Shown: positions 1-7,881 of the stretch, piece after piece
Position numbering within the stretch: position 1 is the first letter of the stretch
How the letters are laid out: every line of letters starts with the position of its first letter
From: a virus
Lineage: Duplodnaviria > Caudoviricetes
IMG/VR virus record: IMGVR_UViG_3300011008_000049
Coordinates: 32,001-96,000 of that record
DNA: 64,000 nt
Reading direction: 5' to 3' (one strand)
The notes under the pieces: model-generated
What the model was told of the DNA's origin: nothing
Seen by the model: the letters and a program-made list of their open reading frames with translations, nothing else
Database searches by the model: none
Position numbers and translations under genes: made by a program

Positions 1-144
1 CATTTAACATATCATGATGAATACACCTGGGATGAGGCAAGTAAAGAAAACAACTTGTTAAAGCCTGTTTATAAAGATGGAGTTTTACTTTTTGAGCAAA
101 CTCTTTCCGAAGTTAGAAGCAATCTACACGGAGGTAATTTTTGA
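1..144 (+). CDS. C-terminal fragment of a nicotinamide/nicotinate phosphoribosyltransferase (NAMPT-like), truncated by window edge
   Basis: Frame 1 reads ...NNLLKPVYKDGVLLFEQTLSEVRSNLHGGNF*, resembling NAMPT C-termini; TGA overlaps ATG of next gene. Confidence 0.6.
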   Translation, partial: HLTYHDEYTWDEASKENNLLKPVYKDGVLLFEQTLSEVRSNLHGGNF

Positions 145-1319
145 TGATTGATAAATTTGATGGTGAATATGCTTTTTTAAGCAACTTTTTTGAAGTTCCT
201 GTAAATTATGACGGTCTTTTATATAGAAATAGTGAAGCAGCATTTCAAGCACAAAAAACCATCAATCAAAATGAACGATTACAGTTTGTGAATCTTAACG
301 CATCTCATTCAAAGAGGCTCGGAAGAACTATTGAATTACGGAAAGATTGGGAATCCATTAAAATCAGAGTTATGTATGAAATTTGCCTCGCAAAATTTTC
401 TCAAAATCCTGAACTTGCTAAAAAACTGATTAAAACCGGTGACAATATTCTTATTGAAGGCAACACTTGGAATGATACATTTTGGGGCGTATGTAACGGC
501 GAAGGCAGAAACAATCTCGGTAAAATACTGATGAGAATAAGAGCGGAACTTTCATTTGATGCGGTAAAAGTTAAAGAAAATGTCGTAAAATGGATAAAAG
601 ACATTTTTGAAACAAACGGGAAAGGGTGTAACGCCGTTGTTGGAATCTCTGGTGGAAAAGATTCAAGTGTTGTTGCTGCGCTGTGTGTTGAGGCACTTGG
701 TAAAGAAAAAGTAATCGGTGTTTTAATGCCTAATGGCGTACAAAATGATATATCTGATTCTGTAAAATTAGTTGAACATCTTGGAATCAAATATTTAACT
801 GTTAATATTTCCGATGCTTATAATGGCGTGATAAATGAAATCAATAGTATTTTTGTTCCCGAAAGAGATGGATATGAAGATATTGTTATTTCGGAGCAGA
901 CAAAGGTAAATCTTCCGGCAAGAATTAGAATGTCAACATTATATGCAGTATCACAATCTATGAATGGCAGAGTAATGAATACTTGTAATTTGTCAGAGGA
1001 TTGGGTTGGATATTCCACGAGATATGGAGATGCAGCAGGAGATTTTAGTCCAATATCATCATTAACGAGTGGTGAAGTTGTTAAAATCGGTAAAGTGTGT
1101 GGCTTACCAGATGAATTAATTTATAAAGCTCCTTCGGATGGGTTATGCGGCAAAACAGATGAGGATAATCTTGGGTTTACTTATGATGTTTTGAACACAT
1201 ATATAAGAACCGGTATATGTGATAATGATGAAATCAAAGACAAAATAGATTTAATGCACAACAAAAATAAGTTTAAGTTGCTTCCTATGCCAAAATATGA
1301 GTATAATCCAAATGATTAA
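144..1319 (+). CDS. nadE: NADAR (YbiA-like) domain fused to NH3-dependent NAD+ synthetase
   Basis: N-term FLSNF...SEAAFQAQK...W+DTFWG...G+N+LG+ILM = NADAR; C-term GISGGKDS, NLPARIRM, GYSTRYGD, KAPSDGL = NadE. Confidence 0.9.
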   Translation: MIDKFDGEYAFLSNFFEVPVNYDGLLYRNSEAAFQAQKTINQNERLQFVNLNASHSKRLGRTIELRKDWESIKIRVMYEICLAKFSQNPELAKKLIKTGDNILIEGNTWNDTFWGVCNGEGRNNLGKILMRIRAELSFDAVKVKENVVKWIKDIFETNGKGCNAVVGISGGKDSSVVAALCVEALGKEKVIGVLMPNGVQNDISDSVKLVEHLGIKYLTVNISDAYNGVINEINSIFVPERDGYEDIVISEQTKVNLPARIRMSTLYAVSQSMNGRVMNTCNLSEDWVGYSTRYGDAAGDFSPISSLTSGEVVKIGKVCGLPDELIYKAPSDGLCGKTDEDNLGFTYDVLNTYIRTGICDNDEIKDKIDLMHNKNKFKLLPMPKYEYNPND

Positions 1320-1348
1320 AAATAATTTAGAATATTTTCAAAAACTAC

Positions 1349-1377
1349 TTGACAAATTAAGATTCGTGTGCTATAAT
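1349..1377 (+). promoter_or_regulatory. sigma-A-type promoter of DGR operon
   Basis: TTGACA-17 nt-TATAAT with extended -10 TG. Confidence 0.85.
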
Positions 1378-1440
1378 ACAGATACACTAAATAAGACGGA
1401 TAAACACCGTAACACATTTATAAAAGAAAGAGGTATTAAA

Positions 1441-2052
1441 ATGAAAATCGAAGTTAAGAACAATGTTCCCGGACTGAATGTGACCGTGAACCAGAATGCA
1501 GATGGTTCTTTCGCCATCCTTCTCGCAGAGCAGCGCAAAAAGACTCTTGGAGATGTTAAGCCCGGAGAAGTTGTGAAACTCGGAAACCGTGAATATATCG
1601 TTCTCGGTCATGCTGCGGAGACTACTGCTGTAATTACCAAGGAATTTGCAAAGAAAATGGAGTTTGGTAATAACGGAGATTATTCAAAGAGTTATGTCCG
1701 TGAATATTGCAATGGAGAGTTCTATAATGAACTTGTAAAGGCTGTCGGAAAGGATAACATTGTAAAGCATACCGTGAACCTTATGGCTGATGATGGCACT
1801 GGTAAGGGCAATGTTGTTCAGGACTATGTTTCTATTCTGACTACTGACCTTTATCGCCGCTATCGCGCCTTTCTCCCCTCTTATGGAGATTGGTGGTGGA
1901 CTGCAACCAGAGTTTCCGCTGATGATAGTCTTGGATATGCTCGTGACGTTTGCTATGTCTGCTCCAGCGGTATTCTGGGCTGGCGTGGCTGTGGCTGTTC
2001 CAGTGGGGTTCGCCCGTTTTGTATCTTGAATTCTTCTGTCTTGGTATCTTGA
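1441..2052 (+). CDS. DGR target protein (about 203 aa), C-terminal CLec-like variable region
   Basis: RBS AGAGG before ATG 1441; WWWTAT...GVRPF end; 3' end matches the TR. Confidence 0.85.
   Translation: MKIEVKNNVPGLNVTVNQNADGSFAILLAEQRKKTLGDVKPGEVVKLGNREYIVLGHAAETTAVITKEFAKKMEFGNNGDYSKSYVREYCNGEFYNELVKAVGKDNIVKHTVNLMADDGTGKGNVVQDYVSILTTDLYRRYRAFLPSYGDWWWTATRVSADDSLGYARDVCYVCSSGILGWRGCGCSSGVRPFCILNSSVLVS
1939..2018 (+). repeat. DGR variable repeat (VR)
   Basis: 80-nt ungapped match to 2463-2542; all 12 mismatches fall at TR adenines. Confidence 0.97.
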
Positions 2053-2067
2053 CAGAAATTATAAATA

Positions 2068-2433
2068 ATGAGTGATGAACGAAAATTTGAGATAGGTGAA
2101 AAGGCTGAACAGTTATATTTTAAGGTATTTGACCTAACAACGAATAGACAGCATTATCCGGTCAAATTTCGTAGGATGGCAGACAGACTTCAAGAATATG
2201 CTCTTGATATACATAGTGATGTTTTGGATGCGAATTCATATACATCAAGTTCAATGTCTCATAAGCAGAAACGATATGACTTGCAGACTAACGCTATAAC
2301 AAAATGCAACAAGTTATTAAGTTTGACGAAGTATTGTTTGCACGCTCATTTAATAAGTTATGCTACAAGCGAGGAATGGACTAATTTAGCCCATGATATA
2401 AAATATATGACTCTTGCTTGGAGAAAGACCTGA
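2068..2433 (+). CDS. avd: Avd-like accessory variability determinant
   Basis: 121 aa helical protein between VR and TR, canonical DGR order. Confidence 0.8.
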   Translation: MSDERKFEIGEKAEQLYFKVFDLTTNRQHYPVKFRRMADRLQEYALDIHSDVLDANSYTSSSMSHKQKRYDLQTNAITKCNKLLSLTKYCLHAHLISYATSEEWTNLAHDIKYMTLAWRKT

Positions 2434-2462
2434 CTTGATATTCTTTTAGGCTATATGCTGTC

Positions 2463-2542
2463 GCTCGTAACGTTTGCTATGTCAACTCCAACGGTATTCT
2501 GAACTGGAATGACTGTGACTATTCCAATGGGGTTCGCCCGTT
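2463..2542 (+). ncRNA. DGR template repeat (TR)
   Basis: AAC/AAT-rich copy of VR; followed by cUUCGg hairpin 2566-2581; flanks 2448-2459 and 2606-2617 pair (11/12). Confidence 0.97.
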
Positions 2543-2656
2543 CTGGTGGAAGTGCGAGGTCTATAAACCGCTTCGGCGGTTACAAGGAGAGCGCCACATC
2601 AAAAGAGCATATAACCTTTCTCATAAGAAAAGATGGGATAAATACAAAAGTCTATT

Positions 2657-4087
2657 ATGGGTGATTTTCAGAAACTTACTGATTTCGGGAATCTCTATAA
2701 TTCTTGCCAAGTTTCTTTAAGAGGTAAAGGCAAGAAAAAGAGTGCGGCGAAGTTCAATGTTATGGCACTCGAACACCTATGCGTGATGAAAAGACAATTA
2801 TTGAGTCGCACATACAAAATTTCGCCGTATTCTGAATTTATCGTAAAAGAACCAAAAACAAGAGTTATCAAGTCAGGTTCTTTCAAAGATAAGGTGTTGC
2901 AGCATTGTCTATGTGATTATGTTTTGCTGCCTACAATGAAAGACATTTTTATAACAGATAATTATGCCGGACAGATAGGAAAAGGAACATTATTCGGTCT
3001 TGACAGATTATCTGAAAATCTCCAAGAGTTTTATAATGAGCATGGGAGCAAAGGATATATTCTAAAATGTGATATAACTAAATTCTTTTATTCAATCAAT
3101 CATGATTTGATGAAAGAAAGTATCAAAGAATATTTCCAGGATGATGGTATTCAATGGATATGTAATCTTTTCATAGACAGCGTAGATGGTGATGGACTTC
3201 CTCTCGGAAATCAAAGCAGTCAAGTTTTTGCACTTATATTCCTGAATGGTCTTGACTATTTTATAAAAGAAGAATTGAAGTGCGAATACTATGGTCGCTA
3301 TATGGATGACTTCTATCTGTTGTCAAATGATAAGGATTATCTAAAATACTGTTTACAACGGATTACAGAATTTTTATCTGGTTTGCGCCTATCACTAAAT
3401 AGTAAAACAGAAATTGTTCCAATGAGCAAAGGAATAAGATTTCTCGGTTTTCATACATATCTTACGGACGATGGAAAAGTAATAAGAAAATTAAATGGAG
3501 AGAACAAAAGACAAATTAAAAAGCGTTTAAGAATTTATTCAAAATTGGTACTTGCCGGAATAATGACAAGAGAAAAATTTGATGAAAGTTATAATTCTTG
3601 GCGCAATCACGCTTCTCATGGGAATTGCTTTAAGTTGTTATGTGAGATTGATAAATATGTAGAAGAATTGTTTGGAGAGAAGAAAATGGAAACCAGAATT
3701 ATTATTGCAGGTAGCAGAGGATTTACGGATTATCAATATCTTAAATCTAAAATGGAACAGTTTATCAAAGAACATCCGAATCAAAGGTTTGTCATTATAA
3801 GCGGAACTGCCAATGGAGCGGATAAACTTGGAGAACGATTTGCGATTGAAAAAGGAATTGAACTCCGCAGATTTCCAGCAGAGTGGAATAAATATGGTAA
3901 ACGAGCTGGATATTTAAGGAACGTTCAAATGTTGGATTTTGCAGCACAAGCTGACGGAGAATCTGTTCTTATGGCGTTTTGGGACGGTAGCAGTAAAGGC
4001 ACAAGGCATATGGTTAAAATTGCAAAGAACGCCGGAATTACCGTCAATGTATTTTTGAAAGAAGAAAAGAACAATGAGAATAATTAG
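2657..4087 (+). CDS. DGR reverse transcriptase fused in frame to SLOG/DUF2493 (YspA-like) domain
   Basis: GLPLGNQSSQ and RYMDD motifs; from ATG 3686 IIIAGSR...SGTANGAD...AGYLRN...FWDGSSKGT. Confidence 0.92.
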   Translation: MGDFQKLTDFGNLYNSCQVSLRGKGKKKSAAKFNVMALEHLCVMKRQLLSRTYKISPYSEFIVKEPKTRVIKSGSFKDKVLQHCLCDYVLLPTMKDIFITDNYAGQIGKGTLFGLDRLSENLQEFYNEHGSKGYILKCDITKFFYSINHDLMKESIKEYFQDDGIQWICNLFIDSVDGDGLPLGNQSSQVFALIFLNGLDYFIKEELKCEYYGRYMDDFYLLSNDKDYLKYCLQRITEFLSGLRLSLNSKTEIVPMSKGIRFLGFHTYLTDDGKVIRKLNGENKRQIKKRLRIYSKLVLAGIMTREKFDESYNSWRNHASHGNCFKLLCEIDKYVEELFGEKKMETRIIIAGSRGFTDYQYLKSKMEQFIKEHPNQRFVIISGTANGADKLGERFAIEKGIELRRFPAEWNKYGKRAGYLRNVQMLDFAAQADGESVLMAFWDGSSKGTRHMVKIAKNAGITVNVFLKEEKNNENN

Positions 4088-4265
4088 AAAAGGAAATCTT
4101 GAACTTCCAAAGAAAATTAAAAGGTTTCATTGTGAAGAATGTGGATGTATTTTTGAAGCAGAGAAATCAGAATATCAATCTGGAAGTCAATATAACGAAA
4201 CATACTATTATTGTCAATGTCCTACTTGTGGAAAGATAACTTATAAAGAGATTCCGATAAGATAA
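4074..4265 (+). CDS. small zinc-ribbon protein
   Basis: CEEC...CPTC. Confidence 0.6.
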   Translation: MRIIRKGNLELPKKIKRFHCEECGCIFEAEKSEYQSGSQYNETYYYCQCPTCGKITYKEIPIR

Positions 4266-4293
4266 AAAAATAAAAATAATTTGCAAAAACCTC

Positions 4294-4322
4294 TTGACAG
4301 ATAAATAAAAGTATGGTATAAT
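4294..4322 (+). promoter_or_regulatory. sigma-A promoter upstream of ncRNA/tRNA cluster 1
   Basis: TTGACA-17-TATAAT with TG. Confidence 0.85.
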
Positions 4323-4429
4323 GTAAGAGCATTAGATGAGAGCCGACAAATAAAAGGTCGGTAATCATTTGAGGCTAATAAATAAGATGGAATAACAACA
4401 CAATTATTTGAGTAGTGAGTATAAAGCCA

Positions 4430-4750
4430 TATTGAGTATGCCACAACGTACAAACTATTATATAAGCGCCCGTACAACGCTGTAATAGTGTGGCAGGGAT
4501 TAGAGTGATGGTGTAATAGGTTGCATTCTGCCCATGAGGGGGCGGAGGTACGGTTCGAGTCCGGTAATATCTCGCCCAAAAAGAAAGTCCCTTAAAAGTA
4601 CAAGATATGAAAAAGCGACAAATCAAATGATGGAATTAGAAAGACTGTTTAAGCCAACAGAATGTAAAAACAAAATGGCTTGCCGGTAGCAGTGCTGCGC
4701 AGACTAAATCCGGTTGTCGCTCCCACAGGTGAAAGTCCTATGGCTCAATA
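4430..4750 (+). ncRNA. unclassified ~320-nt structured RNA with internal tRNA-like domain
   Basis: Nested helices (4430-36/4744-50, 4439-45/4489-95, 4495-4500/4587-92, 4614-21/4714-21), T-loop GGTTCGAGTCC at 4552. Confidence 0.55.
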
Positions 4751-4754
4751 ATTT

Positions 4755-4831
4755 GCGGGCATGATGTTTAATGGTTAGCATCCCAGTTTTCCAAACTGGT
4801 TGTGAGGGTTCAAATCCCTTTGCCCGCTCCA
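4755..4831 (+). tRNA. tRNA-Gly(TCC)
   Basis: cloverleaf, ccagt-ttTCCaa-actgg, CCA. Confidence 0.93.
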
Positions 4832-4835
4832 ATAT

Positions 4836-4909
4836 TGGGATATGGTGTAATGGTAACACACAAGACTTTGACTCTTGCTTTGTAGGTTCGAGTCCTGCTA
4901 TCCCAGCCA
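4836..4909 (+). tRNA. tRNA-Gln(TTG)
   Basis: caaga-ctTTGac-tcttg, CCA. Confidence 0.93.
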
Positions 4910-4912
4910 TTT

Positions 4913-5003
4913 GGAGAGGTAATCCTAATTGGTAAGGAAGCAGTTTGCTAAACTGTTAGTAACCAGCAATGGCGTGTGAGTTCGAGTCTCGCCCTCTCCG
5001 CCA
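4913..5003 (+). tRNA. tRNA-Ser(GCT)
   Basis: gcagt-ttGCTaa-actgt, long variable arm, CCA. Confidence 0.93.
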
Positions 5004-5006
5004 TTT

Positions 5007-5083
5007 AGGAGAGTAGTTTAACGGTAGAACTCCGGTCTCCAAAACCGATGTAGATGAGGGTTCAAATCCTTCCTCTCCTGCCA
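5007..5083 (+). tRNA. tRNA-Trp(CCA)
   Basis: cggt-ctCCAaa-accg, CCA. Confidence 0.9.
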
Positions 5084-5088
5084 AATAT

Positions 5089-5164
5089 GAGCCAGTAATT
5101 CAGTTGGTAGAATATCGCACTTTTAATGCGAAGGTCATGGGTTCGAGTCCCATCTGGCTCACCA
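5089..5164 (+). tRNA. tRNA-Lys(TTT)
   Basis: tcgca-ctTTTaa-tgcga, CCA. Confidence 0.93.
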
Positions 5165-5165
5165 T

Positions 5166-5243
5166 AGTGGCTATTGATAATCTTCCTTCTTTAATAGAAG
5201 AAATTATTTAAGAAAGTAGATTTTAGATTATCAGATTTCCACT
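5166..5243 (+). ncRNA. scaffold RNA unit 1
   Basis: GTGGCTAT-tgataatct-TCCTTCT-cargo-agattatca-GATTTCCAC. Confidence 0.75.
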
Positions 5244-5258
5244 CCGTTCCTTTTTGCA

Positions 5259-5332
5259 CGGCTATGTAGAAACTTCCTTCTTTATATAAAACCAAAATCA
5301 AATATTTATAGAAATAGTTTCTGCAATTACCG
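5259..5332 (+). ncRNA. scaffold RNA unit 2
   Basis: CGGCTAT-gtagaaact-TCCTTCT-cargo-agtttctgc-AATTACCG. Confidence 0.75.
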
Positions 5333-5361
5333 ATAAAATTAAATTACAAGGAGAAAAGAAA

Positions 5362-7599
5362 ATGAACGCAACTGAAAAAATCCTACTTCGCCGTAAGCAC
5401 TTTCTGATTGTCAATCCGGGTGATTCAGAGTATCAGCAGGATAAGAGTGAAAAAACTCTTGTAATTACGGCATTGAAAAATGTGCAATCTCTTGGATTCA
5501 CTTTTTCACAGGCACTTCTCGAATCACTGTTCCATTTTACGAAAACCGAGTTCAAGGCTTTTTATAAGGCGCTTATTCCTGAACTGAAGGAATTGGTTGG
5601 TGCTGATGTTACATACGAGCCGATGTACCCGAATTTTCCGGAGCAGGTCGCAAATGCAGATGATGTTGAACTTTTCATCAATGCAATCATTCACTATTGG
5701 TCTTTCGGAACTTTGATGCCGGAATATGAGAAAGATGAGCGTTTACCTCTGATTGACGATAATAAAATGACCGTTTTATCTATCGGAACGCATGAGGATT
5801 TAATGAAAATCTTCTCTAATTTGGTTGAAAGCAAAACTTCCCTTTCTATCCAGGACAAAGAGGATATTACCACTGTTGTAAAGTCTTGCACTGATTATTC
5901 TGACTATCTGCCGGACGTTATTCCTCTGAAAGAGAATGTGGCTTTTATCGGAAAACTTATTATTGAAGAAGCTCCTATCAAATCCGCAAAGGCAATTCAG
6001 AAGTATTTCAAGACTGCAACTGATGTTCTTCGTCTTGTTACCGCTCTGTCTGATGGAGATATTAGTCTTGCAACAAAGACAAAGTTTAGGAATTTGAAGC
6101 GCAGAGAACGCAGAATGATTCTTGATTTACTTGCTGGCTGCGGAAATATCACAGAAGATTTGTTCCGTTATCAGTATGAATGGATTAGAGTTGCAGAAAT
6201 TCTTCATCCCTTTGAATACAAGATTGCGAAGTATAAGAATGTAAATGCTTCTTTCAACACGCTTCGTAATGAGCATAAGCCTCTTATGTTTGGTGGTAAA
6301 GTTCAGAATGCTATTCTTGCGAAAGATATGCGTACTGCTGCTAACTTGTTAAAGACCAGACCTGGCGAATTTGCGAGACAACTTGATAAGGTTATCCGCG
6401 ACTCTGACAATGTGAACTATGTTCTGAACTGTTTCAAAGAAATTGCGGTAGAGATTTCGACTCCGGTACTCCTTCAGGTAAGACAGCATTTCATTGGTCG
6501 TATGGCTGATGAGAAAGCACCTATCAGAGTATTCTTCCCCAAGGGCAATCTTGCAAGAGCAACATCTATCAAGAATGAACTTCCGGAAATTCCCATGAAT
6601 GTTTGTAAGAACGTTGCAAGGATTTGCAGAGATGCACTTATTGAGCAGTACAGAAATAAAGATTTCATCGGAAATGTTTATATTGATGATGAGTTAAAGA
6701 ATTATCTCGTACCGTTCAGCCAGAGAAGCGCAAGCAAAGCCGTTAAGACTATTGTTCGTGGTAGCCAGCTCCCTATTTCCAACGATGCAAAAGCAATCAG
6801 AGGATTTATTTGGTGGACTAACACCGACAAGGGAAAGGGTTATTATTATGATGACGGTAGAGTTGACATTGACCTTTCAGCAGCAATTTATGATGAGAAT
6901 TGGAGATATGTTGAACACGTTTCATATACAAATATCCGCTCTCATAAGTACAGAGCATATCACTCTGGTGATATTACCAACGGTGGAAGTGTAAACGGAA
7001 AAGGCGTTGCCGAATTCCTTGATGTTGACATTGATGCTGTTGCCAGAAACGCAGGTAGATATATCGTCTATCAGGTTTACAATTATACCAGTCAGAAATT
7101 CTCTGAACTTCCTAATTGCCGTTTCGGTTGGATGGAAAGAGCGGATGTTGACAGTGGAGAAATCTTTGAACCTACCACGGTAGAAATGAAGATGGATTTG
7201 ACCGCCGAAGGAACTACCGCTATCCCTGTAATCTTTGATTGTGTAGAGCGTAAATTCATCTGGTGTGATATGAACCTTGGCATTGAGCGTTCTTATTATG
7301 GTGGCAATAACCTTGAAAGCAATTTTTCCGGCGTAACTGCGACCTGCTATGCAATGACTCACTTGAACAAGCCAAACATCTATGACCTTGTTATGCTGAA
7401 TGCGGTTGCAAGAGGCAATGTCGTAACCGACAGAAACAATGCCGACATCATTTTCAGTAATGATACGACAGTTCCTTATGAGATTGTAACCGAAATTGAT
7501 GAAATTACCGGTACTGAAAAGAGAGCAATTAAAGAAAAGACCGATGTTCCGATTATCACAGCGTTTGATACGGACTACTTTATGGGACAACTCCTTTAA
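5362..7599 (+). CDS. large helical protein with C-terminal TerD-like domain (possible divergent ROT/TROVE-TerD)
   Basis: RPGEFARQLD in helical part; DIDLSA, HSGDITNG, AEFLDVD in TerD-like part; the Ro-like assignment is inference. Confidence 0.7.
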   Translation: MNATEKILLRRKHFLIVNPGDSEYQQDKSEKTLVITALKNVQSLGFTFSQALLESLFHFTKTEFKAFYKALIPELKELVGADVTYEPMYPNFPEQVANADDVELFINAIIHYWSFGTLMPEYEKDERLPLIDDNKMTVLSIGTHEDLMKIFSNLVESKTSLSIQDKEDITTVVKSCTDYSDYLPDVIPLKENVAFIGKLIIEEAPIKSAKAIQKYFKTATDVLRLVTALSDGDISLATKTKFRNLKRRERRMILDLLAGCGNITEDLFRYQYEWIRVAEILHPFEYKIAKYKNVNASFNTLRNEHKPLMFGGKVQNAILAKDMRTAANLLKTRPGEFARQLDKVIRDSDNVNYVLNCFKEIAVEISTPVLLQVRQHFIGRMADEKAPIRVFFPKGNLARATSIKNELPEIPMNVCKNVARICRDALIEQYRNKDFIGNVYIDDELKNYLVPFSQRSASKAVKTIVRGSQLPISNDAKAIRGFIWWTNTDKGKGYYYDDGRVDIDLSAAIYDENWRYVEHVSYTNIRSHKYRAYHSGDITNGGSVNGKGVAEFLDVDIDAVARNAGRYIVYQVYNYTSQKFSELPNCRFGWMERADVDSGEIFEPTTVEMKMDLTAEGTTAIPVIFDCVERKFIWCDMNLGIERSYYGGNNLESNFSGVTATCYAMTHLNKPNIYDLVMLNAVARGNVVTDRNNADIIFSNDTTVPYEIVTEIDEITGTEKRAIKEKTDVPIITAFDTDYFMGQLL

Positions 7600-7609
7600 T
7601 TGATTGTTA

Positions 7610-7676
7610 TTGCGGCTATGGATTCCCTTCCTTCTAATAATAATATGGGATTATAAAGGGAATCCGATTTCCGCAA
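7610..7676 (+). ncRNA. scaffold RNA unit 3, Pro(UGG)-like anticodon loop cargo
   Basis: GCGGCTAT-ggattccct-TCCTTCT...ataa-taTGGga-ttat...agggaatcc-GATTTCCGC. Confidence 0.75.
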
Positions 7677-7685
7677 ACCGACATT

Positions 7686-7760
7686 TTGCGGCTGAAATAC
7701 TCATCCTTCTTTTACATAAAAACTTGAAATTTTTTAATTCAGAGTATTTAATTTCCGCGA
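7686..7760 (+). ncRNA. scaffold RNA unit 4, Ser(UGA) anticodon stem-loop cargo
   Basis: aaatactc/gagtattt stem; aaaaa-ctTGAaa-ttttt at 7718-7734. Confidence 0.8.
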
Positions 7761-7773
7761 TTTTCCTTTTCTT

Positions 7774-7853
7774 GCGGCTATTGTTTCTCATCCTTCTATG
7801 GCTGGTTACAGCACTTTACTGGTAATAAAGAGATTTAGAGAAACGCATTTCCG
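7774..7853 (+). ncRNA. scaffold RNA unit 5, D-arm-like hairpin plus Thr(GGU) anticodon stem-loop cargo
   Basis: tgtttctc/gagaaacg stem; gctg-gtta-cagc then cttta-ctGGTaa-taaag at 7814-7830. Confidence 0.8.
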
Positions 7854-7881
7854 ACATTATTTTAGAAATGAGATAAGTAGA

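Larger units (their letters stand above)
1441..4087 (+). mobile_element. Complete diversity-generating retroelement (target/VR-avd-TR-RT)
   Basis: All four components in canonical order with adenine-specific TR/VR differences. Confidence 0.95.

Noticed and set aside
1297-1440. N-terminal extension of the DGR target ORF
   Set aside because: Spans the promoter and motif; RBS supports ATG 1441
2657-4087. Group II intron or retron RT
   Set aside because: SQ motif, avd and an adenine-specific TR/VR pair identify a DGR
4704-4910. Minus-strand ORF here and ORF 11664-11861
   Set aside because: Shadow translations of tRNA genes
7604-7881. ORF 7604-7825 and the 7798 start of glyA
   Set aside because: They overlap scaffold units 3-5; SHMT similarity begins near 7882
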